From a virus: a stretch of DNA of 28,989 nt. Position 1 is the first letter of the stretch, and each line of letters opens with the position of its first letter. The stretch lies in IMG/VR virus record IMGVR_UViG_3300010355_000409. The stretch is one strand, 5' to 3'. A program made the translations under genes and the position numbers. This document shows positions 15,758 through 23,082 of the stretch, piece after piece. The notes beneath the pieces are model-generated. The model saw nothing but the letters and a program-made list of their open reading frames with translations. It was not told where the DNA came from and ran no database searches.

Positions 15758-16053
15758 CAAGTCAAGAAAAAACTAAATACAGGAGAACACACCAGTGGAA
15801 AAACTGGCGGCTGTTTCTCATAAAGAAGAAGGAGTACAAGTGCGAGATTTGCGGAATGAGGCACAAGACTGGATTGCAGGTCCACCATTTCGACGAGGCA
15901 CACTATACCGATCTACATGAAGACAAGTTTGCAGTCTTGTGCAAACGGGATCACCAGCTTATCGAGCAACTTCTATCAAGAAAGTCGTTTGACATTGATG
16001 TCTACTGCCAAGAGCTAAAAAGAGTCTATTTAGAGTCAAAAAAATACAAATAA
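15754..16053 (+). CDS. HNH endonuclease (small, free-standing)
   Basis: CEICG...LQVHHFDEAHY...AVLCKRDHQLIE gives CxxC, HH and CxxxH. ATGA overlap with the upstream gene. Confidence 0.8.
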   Translation: MTSQEKTKYRRTHQWKNWRLFLIKKKEYKCEICGMRHKTGLQVHHFDEAHYTDLHEDKFAVLCKRDHQLIEQLLSRKSFDIDVYCQELKRVYLESKKYK

Positions 16054-16103
16054 ATTTAACTATTGATGATATTGCTTACAAGATAATGTAAAGGAGAAAT
16101 AAA

Positions 16104-16292
16104 ATGTCAGACGATGAGTTTCTTGAGTATTTTGAGCCAGACTTTACACCGGCAGAAGATGAACTGTGCAAGTGCGGAGGATCGCATTCATATGTAGAGG
16201 AGTATGTAAACGAGGATGTCCAGATTTTGATCTGCAAGCGATGTCAACATAGGTCAGTAGGATATTTTACAAATCCAGAGGAGGAAGAATGA
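16104..16292 (+). CDS. Small zinc-ribbon-like protein
   Basis: AAAGGAGAAATAAAATG context. CKCGG...CKRCQH. Confidence 0.65.
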   Translation: MSDDEFLEYFEPDFTPAEDELCKCGGSHSYVEEYVNEDVQILICKRCQHRSVGYFTNPEEEE

Positions 16293-16295
16293 AAC
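16248..16295 (+). repeat. Copy 1 of a ~47-bp imperfect direct repeat (gene end + SD + ATGAAA junction)
   Basis: CATAGGTCAGTAGGATATTTTACAAATCCAGAGGAGGAAGAATGAAAC. About 42 of 47 positions match 16468-16515. Confidence 0.8.
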
Positions 16296-16459
16296 AAGAA
16301 AAAACACTTATTGGTTTTGGAAAACTTCCAAAATGTTTGGAAAAATATGTAAGACTAACTGCAACAAAGTGGTTTGAGATAAATAAAGACGATGAGCACA
16401 AAGCCCTATTTGATCTTGTCGAATACGTGCAAAAGTTAGAATTTGGAAAAAGGGAGTAG
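16289..16459 (+). CDS. Hypothetical 56-aa protein (below the track cutoff)
   Basis: GAGGAGGAAGAATGA stop-start coupling. Open frame MKQEKTLIGFGKLPKCLEKYVRL... Confidence 0.5.
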   Translation: MKQEKTLIGFGKLPKCLEKYVRLTATKWFEINKDDEHKALFDLVEYVQKLEFGKRE

Positions 16460-16467
16460 GTAATATG

Positions 16468-16515
16468 CATAGGTCAGTAGGCTATTTCAACAATCCAGAG
16501 GAGGAACAATGAAAA
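16468..16515 (+). repeat. Copy 2 of the ~47-bp junction repeat
   Basis: CATAGGTCAGTAGGCTATTTCAACAATCCAGAGGAGGAACAATGAAAAC. Encodes a 15-codon relic (MHRSVGYFNNPEEEQ*) of the C-terminus of gene 16104. Confidence 0.8.
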
Positions 16516-16664
16516 CGAAACTTGAAGAGTTTGAATGCAAACTTAGAATGGATTTGAATGTAAAAAATGATGAATACGAAAAAGTCATCATTGAGTTTTT
16601 TGAAAAGTATATTAGACTCATGGAAGATAAACGAAATAAAGAGAGAGATAAAACACATGCTTGA
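16509..16664 (+). CDS. Hypothetical 51-aa protein (below the track cutoff)
   Basis: GAGGAGGAACAATGA context duplicated from 16289. MKTKLEEFECKLRMD... Confidence 0.45.
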   Translation: MKTKLEEFECKLRMDLNVKNDEYEKVIIEFFEKYIRLMEDKRNKERDKTHA

Positions 16665-17208
16665 TGAGAAGAGGGCGGCTACATTGCAAACCATGTATTT
16701 GGTATCTCGACATCCTGTTATCTTGGTTGAGCTACAAAGAGAGGCTGAAGCAATGTGCCGCCCTCTCATTTCACAGCAGTTGAAGAAGACTGGCATATCC
16801 TTTTTCCCGAAAGAAAAAATAAATTTTATTTCCTACGAGTCTTCAACGAGATTCATGGAAATGTATCTAAAGAACCCCGAGTGGGTGTGCCGATCATTCG
16901 CGGCCCGACTCAACCTCGAAGTCATTTATCATCTGTATAACAAGAAGAACAAGCAGTTGGACAAGCTGGAAGACATATCTACACAGCCAATATCAAACCC
17001 AGAACCAGTACAACAGGAAGACACGAGGTTTGTCATAGAGGACATTATGTCAGATACAGTCTATTGGCGGAATGTACTCATGAACTGCTACAGATCAAAG
17101 AGCTATAGATCATTTATTTTATCCATTGAGCCTATCGTTGGAAGGAGATGGATATATGATCGAGCACAGAGATTACACAAACTCTACAAAAATACAAGGA
17201 GAATCTAA
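16657..17208 (+). CDS. Hypothetical protein
   Basis: ATG 16657 overlaps the upstream stop (ATGCTTGA). The track start at 16567 would overlap the small upstream ORF. Confidence 0.65.
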   Translation: MLDEKRAATLQTMYLVSRHPVILVELQREAEAMCRPLISQQLKKTGISFFPKEKINFISYESSTRFMEMYLKNPEWVCRSFAARLNLEVIYHLYNKKNKQLDKLEDISTQPISNPEPVQQEDTRFVIEDIMSDTVYWRNVLMNCYRSKSYRSFILSIEPIVGRRWIYDRAQRLHKLYKNTRRI

Positions 17209-17507
17209 TGAACACCTGTTTTACTTGCAACTTTTACGGAAAATGTGATGTAAGGGTTAAAACTTGCCCAGACTGGACAGCTTGGGACAAGTCTACCATC
17301 ATTTTGAACCTCGATGCCTTCAATGGCCTCTGGCTTGGACTCCACAAGAAGTGGTTTGAACGATACCCACGGAGTCTATTAAACAAGCGAAGAAAGGTTA
17401 TCAAGCTCTATCTCTCAGGAGAAACAGAATCCCAGATTATAAACAGGCTGTCCACCGAGATAACCAATAATCTCTTGGAGGTTCTTGATGCCCAAAAAGA
17501 AGAATAA
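17208..17507 (+). CDS. Cys4 N-terminus plus C-terminal sigma region-4/LuxR-like HTH protein
   Basis: CFTCNFYGKCDVRVKTC, then RRKVIKLYLSGETESQIINRLS (HTH-like). TAATG overlap with the upstream gene. Confidence 0.6.
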   Translation: MNTCFTCNFYGKCDVRVKTCPDWTAWDKSTIILNLDAFNGLWLGLHKKWFERYPRSLLNKRRKVIKLYLSGETESQIINRLSTEITNNLLEVLDAQKEE

Positions 17508-17655
17508 AGAGAAAAATCCACTGTTTGAACTCAGGGTTATGACTATACGTCTCCCTGAGTATCAGCATCAGTATATGGGCCAAGTGGCAGAAGTCACTGG
17601 AACATCCATCGCGGATCAAATCCGCCAACTTATCGACATTTATATTGAGGTATAA
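17488..17655 (+). CDS. Ribbon-helix-helix (CopG/Arc-like) DNA-binding protein, 55 aa (below the track cutoff)
   Basis: RVMTIRLPEYQHQYMGQVAEVTGTSIADQIRQLIDIYIE shows a beta-strand followed by two helices. Confidence 0.5.
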   Translation: MPKKKNKEKNPLFELRVMTIRLPEYQHQYMGQVAEVTGTSIADQIRQLIDIYIEV

Positions 17656-17657
17656 CC

Positions 17658-18149
17658 ATGACACAGGAACAACAGAACGAACGAAACAACATTATCAGAG
17701 AGCTTGCCCAGTGGATGAACCACGACAGGCTCTATGCCTACACGCTCAACGTGTATGCACTGCAAGAAGGGCTTATCACTGAGGAAGAGGCCAACAATGT
17801 AAAGGGCCTTTTGGATCAACGGTGGCAAGAGGATATTGATACAGAAAAGAACAAGAATAAATACATGATGGCCATCTTCAAGAAACACGGCTTTTCATTC
17901 ACTAAGGTTCTGTGGAGACTCATTGAGCAGTTCCCCACACGATCTGTTGGCGATCCGGCTGACGCCACGTTTCATCCAAACAATGACAAGATCATCAAGG
18001 ATACGGGCATTCCGTCTGTATCTTACTATGAGATTATCAACAACATTATCAGTGCTGGGTACATGTCAAAGGAAATAAAAAATAAATCTTTAATCTACAA
18101 GATCAACTTTCCTGCCATTATGGCCGTAGTCTCTGAGACTACAGACTAA
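17658..18149 (+). CDS. Hypothetical protein, positional candidate for the small terminase subunit
   Basis: Lies immediately upstream of terL. HTH-like IIKDTGIPSVSYYEIINNIISAGY. The call is positional only. Confidence 0.6.
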   Translation: MTQEQQNERNNIIRELAQWMNHDRLYAYTLNVYALQEGLITEEEANNVKGLLDQRWQEDIDTEKNKNKYMMAIFKKHGFSFTKVLWRLIEQFPTRSVGDPADATFHPNNDKIIKDTGIPSVSYYEIINNIISAGYMSKEIKNKSLIYKINFPAIMAVVSETTD

Positions 18150-18157
18150 CTATATAT
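18148..18157 (+). promoter_or_regulatory. AACTATATAT motif (candidate late promoter) upstream of terL
   Basis: Member of the AACTATATA family. Lies 30 nt before ATG 18187. Confidence 0.35.
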
Positions 18158-18186
18158 CTGATCATCAGGAATATAAGAGGAACACA

Positions 18187-19767
18187 ATGGCAAAATATCA
18201 AAAGGGACAGTCTGGAAATCCTTCCGGGCGTCCAGCGGGCGTAAAGAGCTATCGAACGATGGTTCAGGAAGCCTTTGTAAACGTAATGCAGTCTCCAACC
18301 AAGAACGGTCAACAAACCGTTCCGTATTATATTGCCTTCTTGGATAAAATGAAGAAGTCTGCACTGGAACCCGGATCACGGGCCAACATGTTTTTTGCCA
18401 ATCTGCTATTGCAAGAGAATGTACTGGATGATATAGACAGGCAGTTGAATAAATCTAAACGAGAAGACATGGACTTTATGTCTTACCGAATCTGGAAACA
18501 GTGCCACGACATGCAACAGAGAATACTTTTATCAAAAGAAAAGTTCATTTTTGTCATGGCTGGACGCCGTGCTGGTAAATCTGAGACAAATAAGTTCAAG
18601 GCAGAGGAGATAGCGACTACAGTAGACAATGCCCGTATTCTCATTATCGGACTGTCATTCACCCGAGCACTGGAAATCTATTGGAATGAGCTTGTGGCAG
18701 ACTTTACTGCCATGGGTATTGACATAGCTGAACAAAGACGGACAGAAGGTTTGATCCGCCTGTCTAACGGTTCTGAGATACACCTTGTAGGCAATACAAC
18801 AGTAGATGAGCGAGACAAGCTCAGAGGATCAAAGTGGCACCTTATCATTATTGATGAGGTTCAGTCACAAAAGGCTTTGCCCATTCTGATCGATGAGATA
18901 CTTGAGCCAACGCTGTTGGACTATAAGGGACAGATGATCCTGACTGGTACAGGCCCAAAGGTTCGAGGAACGTATTGGGAAATGCTTTGGACAGATCAGA
19001 GCCGCAAGGCCGCTCGCTTCAACTTCAACATCAAAGATAATCCATTCATTCCAGATTATCTGACGGTTCTTGATCAGATTAAAATAGACAAGAATCTCAC
19101 CGACAACTCACCACTGTTTCAACGAGAATACCTTGGACAGATTTCCTATGATGATGACGCCTTGTGCTTCAGGCTCACTGAAGCAAACAATCTGAACAAA
19201 CAGGAAATGGCCAACTGGATCAACTCTCAACCGAGGACAGACATCAAGTTCTCTGCTGGTCTGGACTACGGTTTCACTGATGCTGATGGATTTGCCATCA
19301 TCATGTTCTCTACAAGTAAGCCAGAGAAGTGGCTTGTTTATGAACATAAGGGCAACCGTACTGGCATTACAGAACTATCAGACAAGATCAAGGAAGGTAT
19401 GAAGTATATTGAAACCGATCCTGTCTTTCAGTCTATTCCAGATCGCTTCTTCTACATTTACTCAGACGCAGGGGGAGCCGGTAAGAAGATTACATTCGAG
19501 CTTGCGACACAATATGGTTTACCTTGCCTTGATGCCTACAAAGTTGATAAGGATTTCCAAGTCGAAATGCTTCAGGAAGAAGTCCGAAACGGTTCTCTCA
19601 AGGTTGATCCAGAAGGTGTGTTCGCCGATGAGGCACTGAAGACTGTCTTTGCCCGTAACGATAGGGATGAGCTAACCCGTGTCATTGACGATGATATATT
19701 CCACCCAGACATTATGGATGCCATTCGTTATGCACTTTCGCTTATCTGGGTAAACTACAAAAAATAA
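18187..19767 (+). CDS. terL: Terminase large subunit
   Basis: Walker A VMAGRRAGKSE, Walker B WHLIIIDEVQ. C-terminal RNaseH-like nuclease acidic residues (GLDYGFTDADG, HPDIMDAIRYAL). The N-terminal KGQSGNPSGRPAG motif is common in phage terminase-region proteins. Confidence 0.93.
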   Translation: MAKYQKGQSGNPSGRPAGVKSYRTMVQEAFVNVMQSPTKNGQQTVPYYIAFLDKMKKSALEPGSRANMFFANLLLQENVLDDIDRQLNKSKREDMDFMSYRIWKQCHDMQQRILLSKEKFIFVMAGRRAGKSETNKFKAEEIATTVDNARILIIGLSFTRALEIYWNELVADFTAMGIDIAEQRRTEGLIRLSNGSEIHLVGNTTVDERDKLRGSKWHLIIIDEVQSQKALPILIDEILEPTLLDYKGQMILTGTGPKVRGTYWEMLWTDQSRKAARFNFNIKDNPFIPDYLTVLDQIKIDKNLTDNSPLFQREYLGQISYDDDALCFRLTEANNLNKQEMANWINSQPRTDIKFSAGLDYGFTDADGFAIIMFSTSKPEKWLVYEHKGNRTGITELSDKIKEGMKYIETDPVFQSIPDRFFYIYSDAGGAGKKITFELATQYGLPCLDAYKVDKDFQVEMLQEEVRNGSLKVDPEGVFADEALKTVFARNDRDELTRVIDDDIFHPDIMDAIRYALSLIWVNYKK

Positions 19768-19796
19768 ATTTTATTTCAGATTTCTGCTCTACGCCT

Positions 19797-19816
19797 AAAC
19801 TATATATAAGGAGAAA
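19797..19816 (+). promoter_or_regulatory. AAACTATATATAAGGAGAAA (candidate late promoter plus RBS)
   Basis: Identical 20-mer to 21819-21838. Confidence 0.4.
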
Positions 19817-19822
19817 AAGAGA

Positions 19823-20059
19823 ATGAATATAAGCGCACTGCTTACAGCCTATAAACAGATTAAGGATGCCGAGAAGAAACAGAAGCAGTTGGACAGACTG
19901 TCTGCGACTGATCTCAACTATGGCATTGTCAGGGATTTGATCAACTCGGCCTACAATGGAGTTGTTATCACTGTCACTCTGAGGGACGGAACAAAGCTCG
20001 ACATTAAACGCGAGGATAACTTTGATCGGCTTCAGAAGAAATATGTGGAGGGATTCTAA
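19823..20059 (+). CDS. Hypothetical 78-aa protein between terL and portal
   Basis: Strong SD. TAATG overlap with the portal gene. Confidence 0.7.
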   Translation: MNISALLTAYKQIKDAEKKQKQLDRLSATDLNYGIVRDLINSAYNGVVITVTLRDGTKLDIKREDNFDRLQKKYVEGF

Positions 20060-21798
20060 TGAAGCGAGATACAGACTTTATTCTGAAAGACATGGCCCAG
20101 ATGGAAGGCTTTCTCGCTCGTCGGGATGTCAAGTACCGTCGCAACTTTAACCGCTATTACAACAACTTCAACCGCAATGAGGACATTTGGACTGTTTATG
20201 GAAATGTTATTGCCTACTACACCATGCAGGATGAAGAGGCTGGCATCATTCCTTACATCAATATCCTTCGTTCGTGCGTTGATACCACTGCAAGCAAGCT
20301 CAGTCAAACCAAGGTTCGCCCCTTCTTCAATCCAGTCTTGGGAACCTTTAGGACTGTAAAAACCTGTAGAAATGCTCAGGTGTTCTTTGATGAATACTAT
20401 GACAAGGAAAAAGTTTATCCGAAGTCTGTCAATGCCATCACCGATGCATTGGTGTTTGACATGGGTGTTCTTTGGATTGACGATGAGACTGCTACCATCA
20501 AGAAACTGTCTCCTTGGGAGTTTATCTTCGATGTGGCTGAGATGACGTTTGGCGATCTAACCCGAGTAGAGGTTAGGCGCAAGCAGTATCCTCTTACTTC
20601 ACTCAGACATCTCTTGAAGAAGGGAACAGAGTATTATGCCCGTCTTGAAGATACGCCCAATGCCTACGTTGACTATCGTATCTACTATGATCTGATCAAC
20701 AAGGTTCAATACAAGTTTATTGGCAATGAGTTGTTCCAGACTCGCAAGATTGACTATGCGGTCGCACCGATGGTTTGGATGTACTACAAAGACCCGATCA
20801 AGGGAGCCTTCTCTGACTCCATGGTTGATGTTGTCTATCGTCTTCAAAAAATGATAGATGATCTAACCTACAAGATTTCTGTGGCCGCTGAACTGTCACC
20901 TGCCAATCTGATATTCGTTCCACGAGGGGCTGACATTAAGACTTCAATGATCGGATCAGCCAAGATCGGTGACATATTTGAATACAATATGGCTGTGTCT
21001 GGTGGAAACCCCATCACTGTTGCCACTCCCCCTGTCATTGATCCGTCCTATTTGCAGTTGCTTGAAATGTTTGAGCAGAAAGCCTACAACATGGTTGGCG
21101 TCAGCCAGTTGTCTGCACAGAGCAAGAAGCCCAGTGGACTCAACTCTGGTGTGGCTCTTCAGACGCTTGAAGACGTAGAGTCTGAACGACACAACGTCCT
21201 TCTCTCAACCTACATCCATTTTGTACAGGCTCTTGCCGAGCGCATGATCGAAGTTATGCCAGAGGATGCAGATGTACTTCCACGCCGTCGATCCCGTTCT
21301 GCTATTACTTGGAAGGATATTAAGAAGGAACGGGAAATGTTCAACATTCAGTTCTCTGCTTCTTCTTCTCTGTCTAAAGACCCGAAGGTTAAGATGGAAC
21401 AGATTGAAAAGCTCATTGGCATGAAGATTATTGATCCTTCACTTGCCGCAACTCTCTTGGAAATGCCTGATCTTGAGAACGCCTACTCCATTGCTACTGC
21501 CGCTCATGATATGAACGAAAAGATTATCGAACGTGTTATTGAGGATGGCCCCGATCCAAAGACTGGCATGTTCTATTTCTATGAGGGAACCAACATTCAG
21601 GCTCTCTTTGGACAGGCTATGAATACTCTCATGAGGCTTGATGCCAATGATGAAAAGCCAGAAGTATTGCAGAATCTTACTGCCTTTATTGCCCAGCTTA
21701 AAGACATGATGGATGAGATCAATGCGGCCCTTCAACCGCCCCCTCCTCCACCTGCCCCAGAGCAAGGGCCACCGCCACCTGAACAACCTCCCATGTAA
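20059..21798 (+). CDS. Portal protein (positional and size-based call)
   Basis: 579 aa between terL and the scaffold/capsid genes. Pro-rich C-terminal tail PPPPPPAPEQGPPPPEQPP. I recognised no unique motif. Confidence 0.75.
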   Translation: MKRDTDFILKDMAQMEGFLARRDVKYRRNFNRYYNNFNRNEDIWTVYGNVIAYYTMQDEEAGIIPYINILRSCVDTTASKLSQTKVRPFFNPVLGTFRTVKTCRNAQVFFDEYYDKEKVYPKSVNAITDALVFDMGVLWIDDETATIKKLSPWEFIFDVAEMTFGDLTRVEVRRKQYPLTSLRHLLKKGTEYYARLEDTPNAYVDYRIYYDLINKVQYKFIGNELFQTRKIDYAVAPMVWMYYKDPIKGAFSDSMVDVVYRLQKMIDDLTYKISVAAELSPANLIFVPRGADIKTSMIGSAKIGDIFEYNMAVSGGNPITVATPPVIDPSYLQLLEMFEQKAYNMVGVSQLSAQSKKPSGLNSGVALQTLEDVESERHNVLLSTYIHFVQALAERMIEVMPEDADVLPRRRSRSAITWKDIKKEREMFNIQFSASSSLSKDPKVKMEQIEKLIGMKIIDPSLAATLLEMPDLENAYSIATAAHDMNEKIIERVIEDGPDPKTGMFYFYEGTNIQALFGQAMNTLMRLDANDEKPEVLQNLTAFIAQLKDMMDEINAALQPPPPPPAPEQGPPPPEQPPM

Positions 21799-21818
21799 AA
21801 ATGGGTGTCAAAAAACTG

Positions 21819-21838
21819 AAACTATATATAAGGAGAAA
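21819..21838 (+). promoter_or_regulatory. AAACTATATATAAGGAGAAA (candidate late promoter plus RBS)
   Basis: Identical 20-mer to 19797-19816. Confidence 0.4.
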
Positions 21839-21842
21839 TAAC

Positions 21843-22406
21843 ATGAACGAAATGCATTCAGATGAACAGGCCGATGTACAACTCATTTGTCAGGTTCTTA
21901 ATGAGGAACTGGAACCGGTTATCACGGTTATCAAGAATATCCTCGACAAGATTACGGCCATGGACGATGAGCTTGATGGACTTGCCAAGGTCGTCAATGA
22001 AGAGATTCTTGGTGGTATCATCAATCTCTACAACACCAAGGAACGCATGTCTGGCATCAGTTCACTTTCTGAGAAGTATGGTTCCCTCATGGGTCCATAC
22101 AAGGATTTCTATTCCGAGCTTTCCGAGGGCAAGGACATCTACGAAGAGCTTTACAACGAGCTTGAGGAGTTTAAGCAGTCAGCGGAATCCGTTGACGACT
22201 CTGCCGTAGATGCCAAGGTTCAGGAGCTTGCAAACATGCTCAAGGCAAAGTTTGAGAAGGTTCGTGGAATGAGCGTCGGAGAAGAGAAACCCGTGGCCGT
22301 TGAAGTCGAGATCGAGAAATCCAGTGAAGCCGAAGCCCCGAAGGCCGATGAGCTTATCGACAAGATTCGCAAGATGAAGTCTCGCGCTGGCGATGTCAAG
22401 TTCTAA
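21843..22406 (+). CDS. Scaffolding-like protein
   Basis: Acidic, helical 187-aa protein between the portal and capsid genes. TAAGGAGAAATAACATG context. The track start at 21801 lacks an RBS. Confidence 0.7.
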   Translation: MNEMHSDEQADVQLICQVLNEELEPVITVIKNILDKITAMDDELDGLAKVVNEEILGGIINLYNTKERMSGISSLSEKYGSLMGPYKDFYSELSEGKDIYEELYNELEEFKQSAESVDDSAVDAKVQELANMLKAKFEKVRGMSVGEEKPVAVEVEIEKSSEAEAPKADELIDKIRKMKSRAGDVKF

Positions 22407-22409
22407 TGT

Positions 22410-22426
22410 GTTGGGCGTTGCCCAAC
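22410..22426 (+). other. Stable hairpin after the scaffold gene (no adjacent U-run)
   Basis: GTTGGGC-GTT-GCCCAAC. Confidence 0.4.
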
Positions 22427-22463
22427 CCGAAAAATAAAATCTTTTTCTAATAAGGAGAAATAA

Positions 22464-22512
22464 ATGGCTGTTACTTCTGACAGTGCCGTTCTTACAGTGT
22501 TCAAAGAGTGGT
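22464..22512 (+). CDS. Major capsid protein, candidate exon 1 (MAVTSDSAVLTVFKEW + first base of the next codon)
   Basis: Best-in-genome RBS TAAGGAGAAATAAATG, but the ORF stops after 16 codons. The exon end pairs with an internal guide sequence. Confidence 0.55.
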
Positions 22513-22573
22513 AAACCGTCGATCTGCCTCTCTATAATAAAACTGGGTGAACTGCTGGAAAAGCGTCAAAACG

Positions 22574-22586
22574 AGCATATTTATTG
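22574..22586 (+). promoter_or_regulatory. AGCATATTTATTG motif, copy 5 (inside the intron, 2 nt before the HNH ATG)
   Basis: Identical 13-mer to 14912-14924. Confidence 0.4.
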
Positions 22587-22588
22587 TT

Positions 22589-22957
22589 ATGATGGGACCA
22601 AAACCGTATAAACCAACAGACAGTAGATATGAATATGTCAAGGTGAAGATAGGTGGAGCTTGGAAAAAGGTTTTATATCATAGATGGCTATGGGAACAGG
22701 CTTATGGCAAAATACCTGCTGGAATGCAGGTACACCATAAGGATGAAAACCCAACCAACAATGATATAGACAATCTGGAAGTGGTGGATGCATTTGAGCA
22801 CAACTCAATGCATCATCTTGGGAATAAATACCCAAGTAGAAAACCACATGGGCCAGAACCAAACAGGAAGGCGTGGACAACTCGAAAAGCTCGATCAGCA
22901 TCCAAGCACAACGAAACCAATAAGAGTAGTTGTGAAGGTTCAACGACTAACGGGTGA
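22589..22957 (+). CDS. HNH homing endonuclease (intron-encoded)
   Basis: YHRWLWEQAYGKIPAGMQVHHKDENPTNNDIDNLEVVDAFEHNSMHH is an HNH_3-type motif. The last codons overlap the intron R element. The start could also be GTG 22547. Confidence 0.8.
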   Translation: MMGPKPYKPTDSRYEYVKVKIGGAWKKVLYHRWLWEQAYGKIPAGMQVHHKDENPTNNDIDNLEVVDAFEHNSMHHLGNKYPSRKPHGPEPNRKAWTTRKARSASKHNETNKSSCEGSTTNG

Positions 22958-23082
22958 GGATGGTAACCAATAATCCCGACACGAGCGCCCAGCATCGTGA
23001 AAGCGATGATGATATAGTCTGATCATACGGGATGACAAACCGTATGAAGTAGGGGATAAAGAGCCTCTACGATAACATAATG

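Larger units (their letters stand above)
22513..23082 (+). mobile_element. Candidate group I intron (~570 nt) with an internal HNH ORF
   Basis: P1 22505-12/22526-33 with a U.G pair at the splice site. R-like GTTCAACGACTAAC 22938-51. S-like ATGATATAGTCTGA 23009-22. P7 GACTA/TAGTC. P8 hairpin 22993-23008. P9-type hairpins 23024-46 and 23049-70. In-frame omega-G at 23082 (alternative at 23088). Confidence 0.6.

Noticed and set aside
14879-15760. 293-aa minus-strand ORF covering several small + strand genes, including the sigma-like gene
   Set aside because: The product is Phe/Cys/His/Pro-rich with no motif. The + strand alternatives have strong SDs, ATGA coupling and a recognisable sigma region-2 pattern. 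Every other gene is on the + strand.
22547-22588. GTG 22547 as the start of the intron HNH ORF (track annotation)
   Set aside because: The N-terminal extension (MNCWKSVKTSIFIV) overlaps the putative P3/J3-4 region and has no RBS. ATG 22589, directly after the AGCATATTTATTG motif, is preferred, but the choice is unproven.
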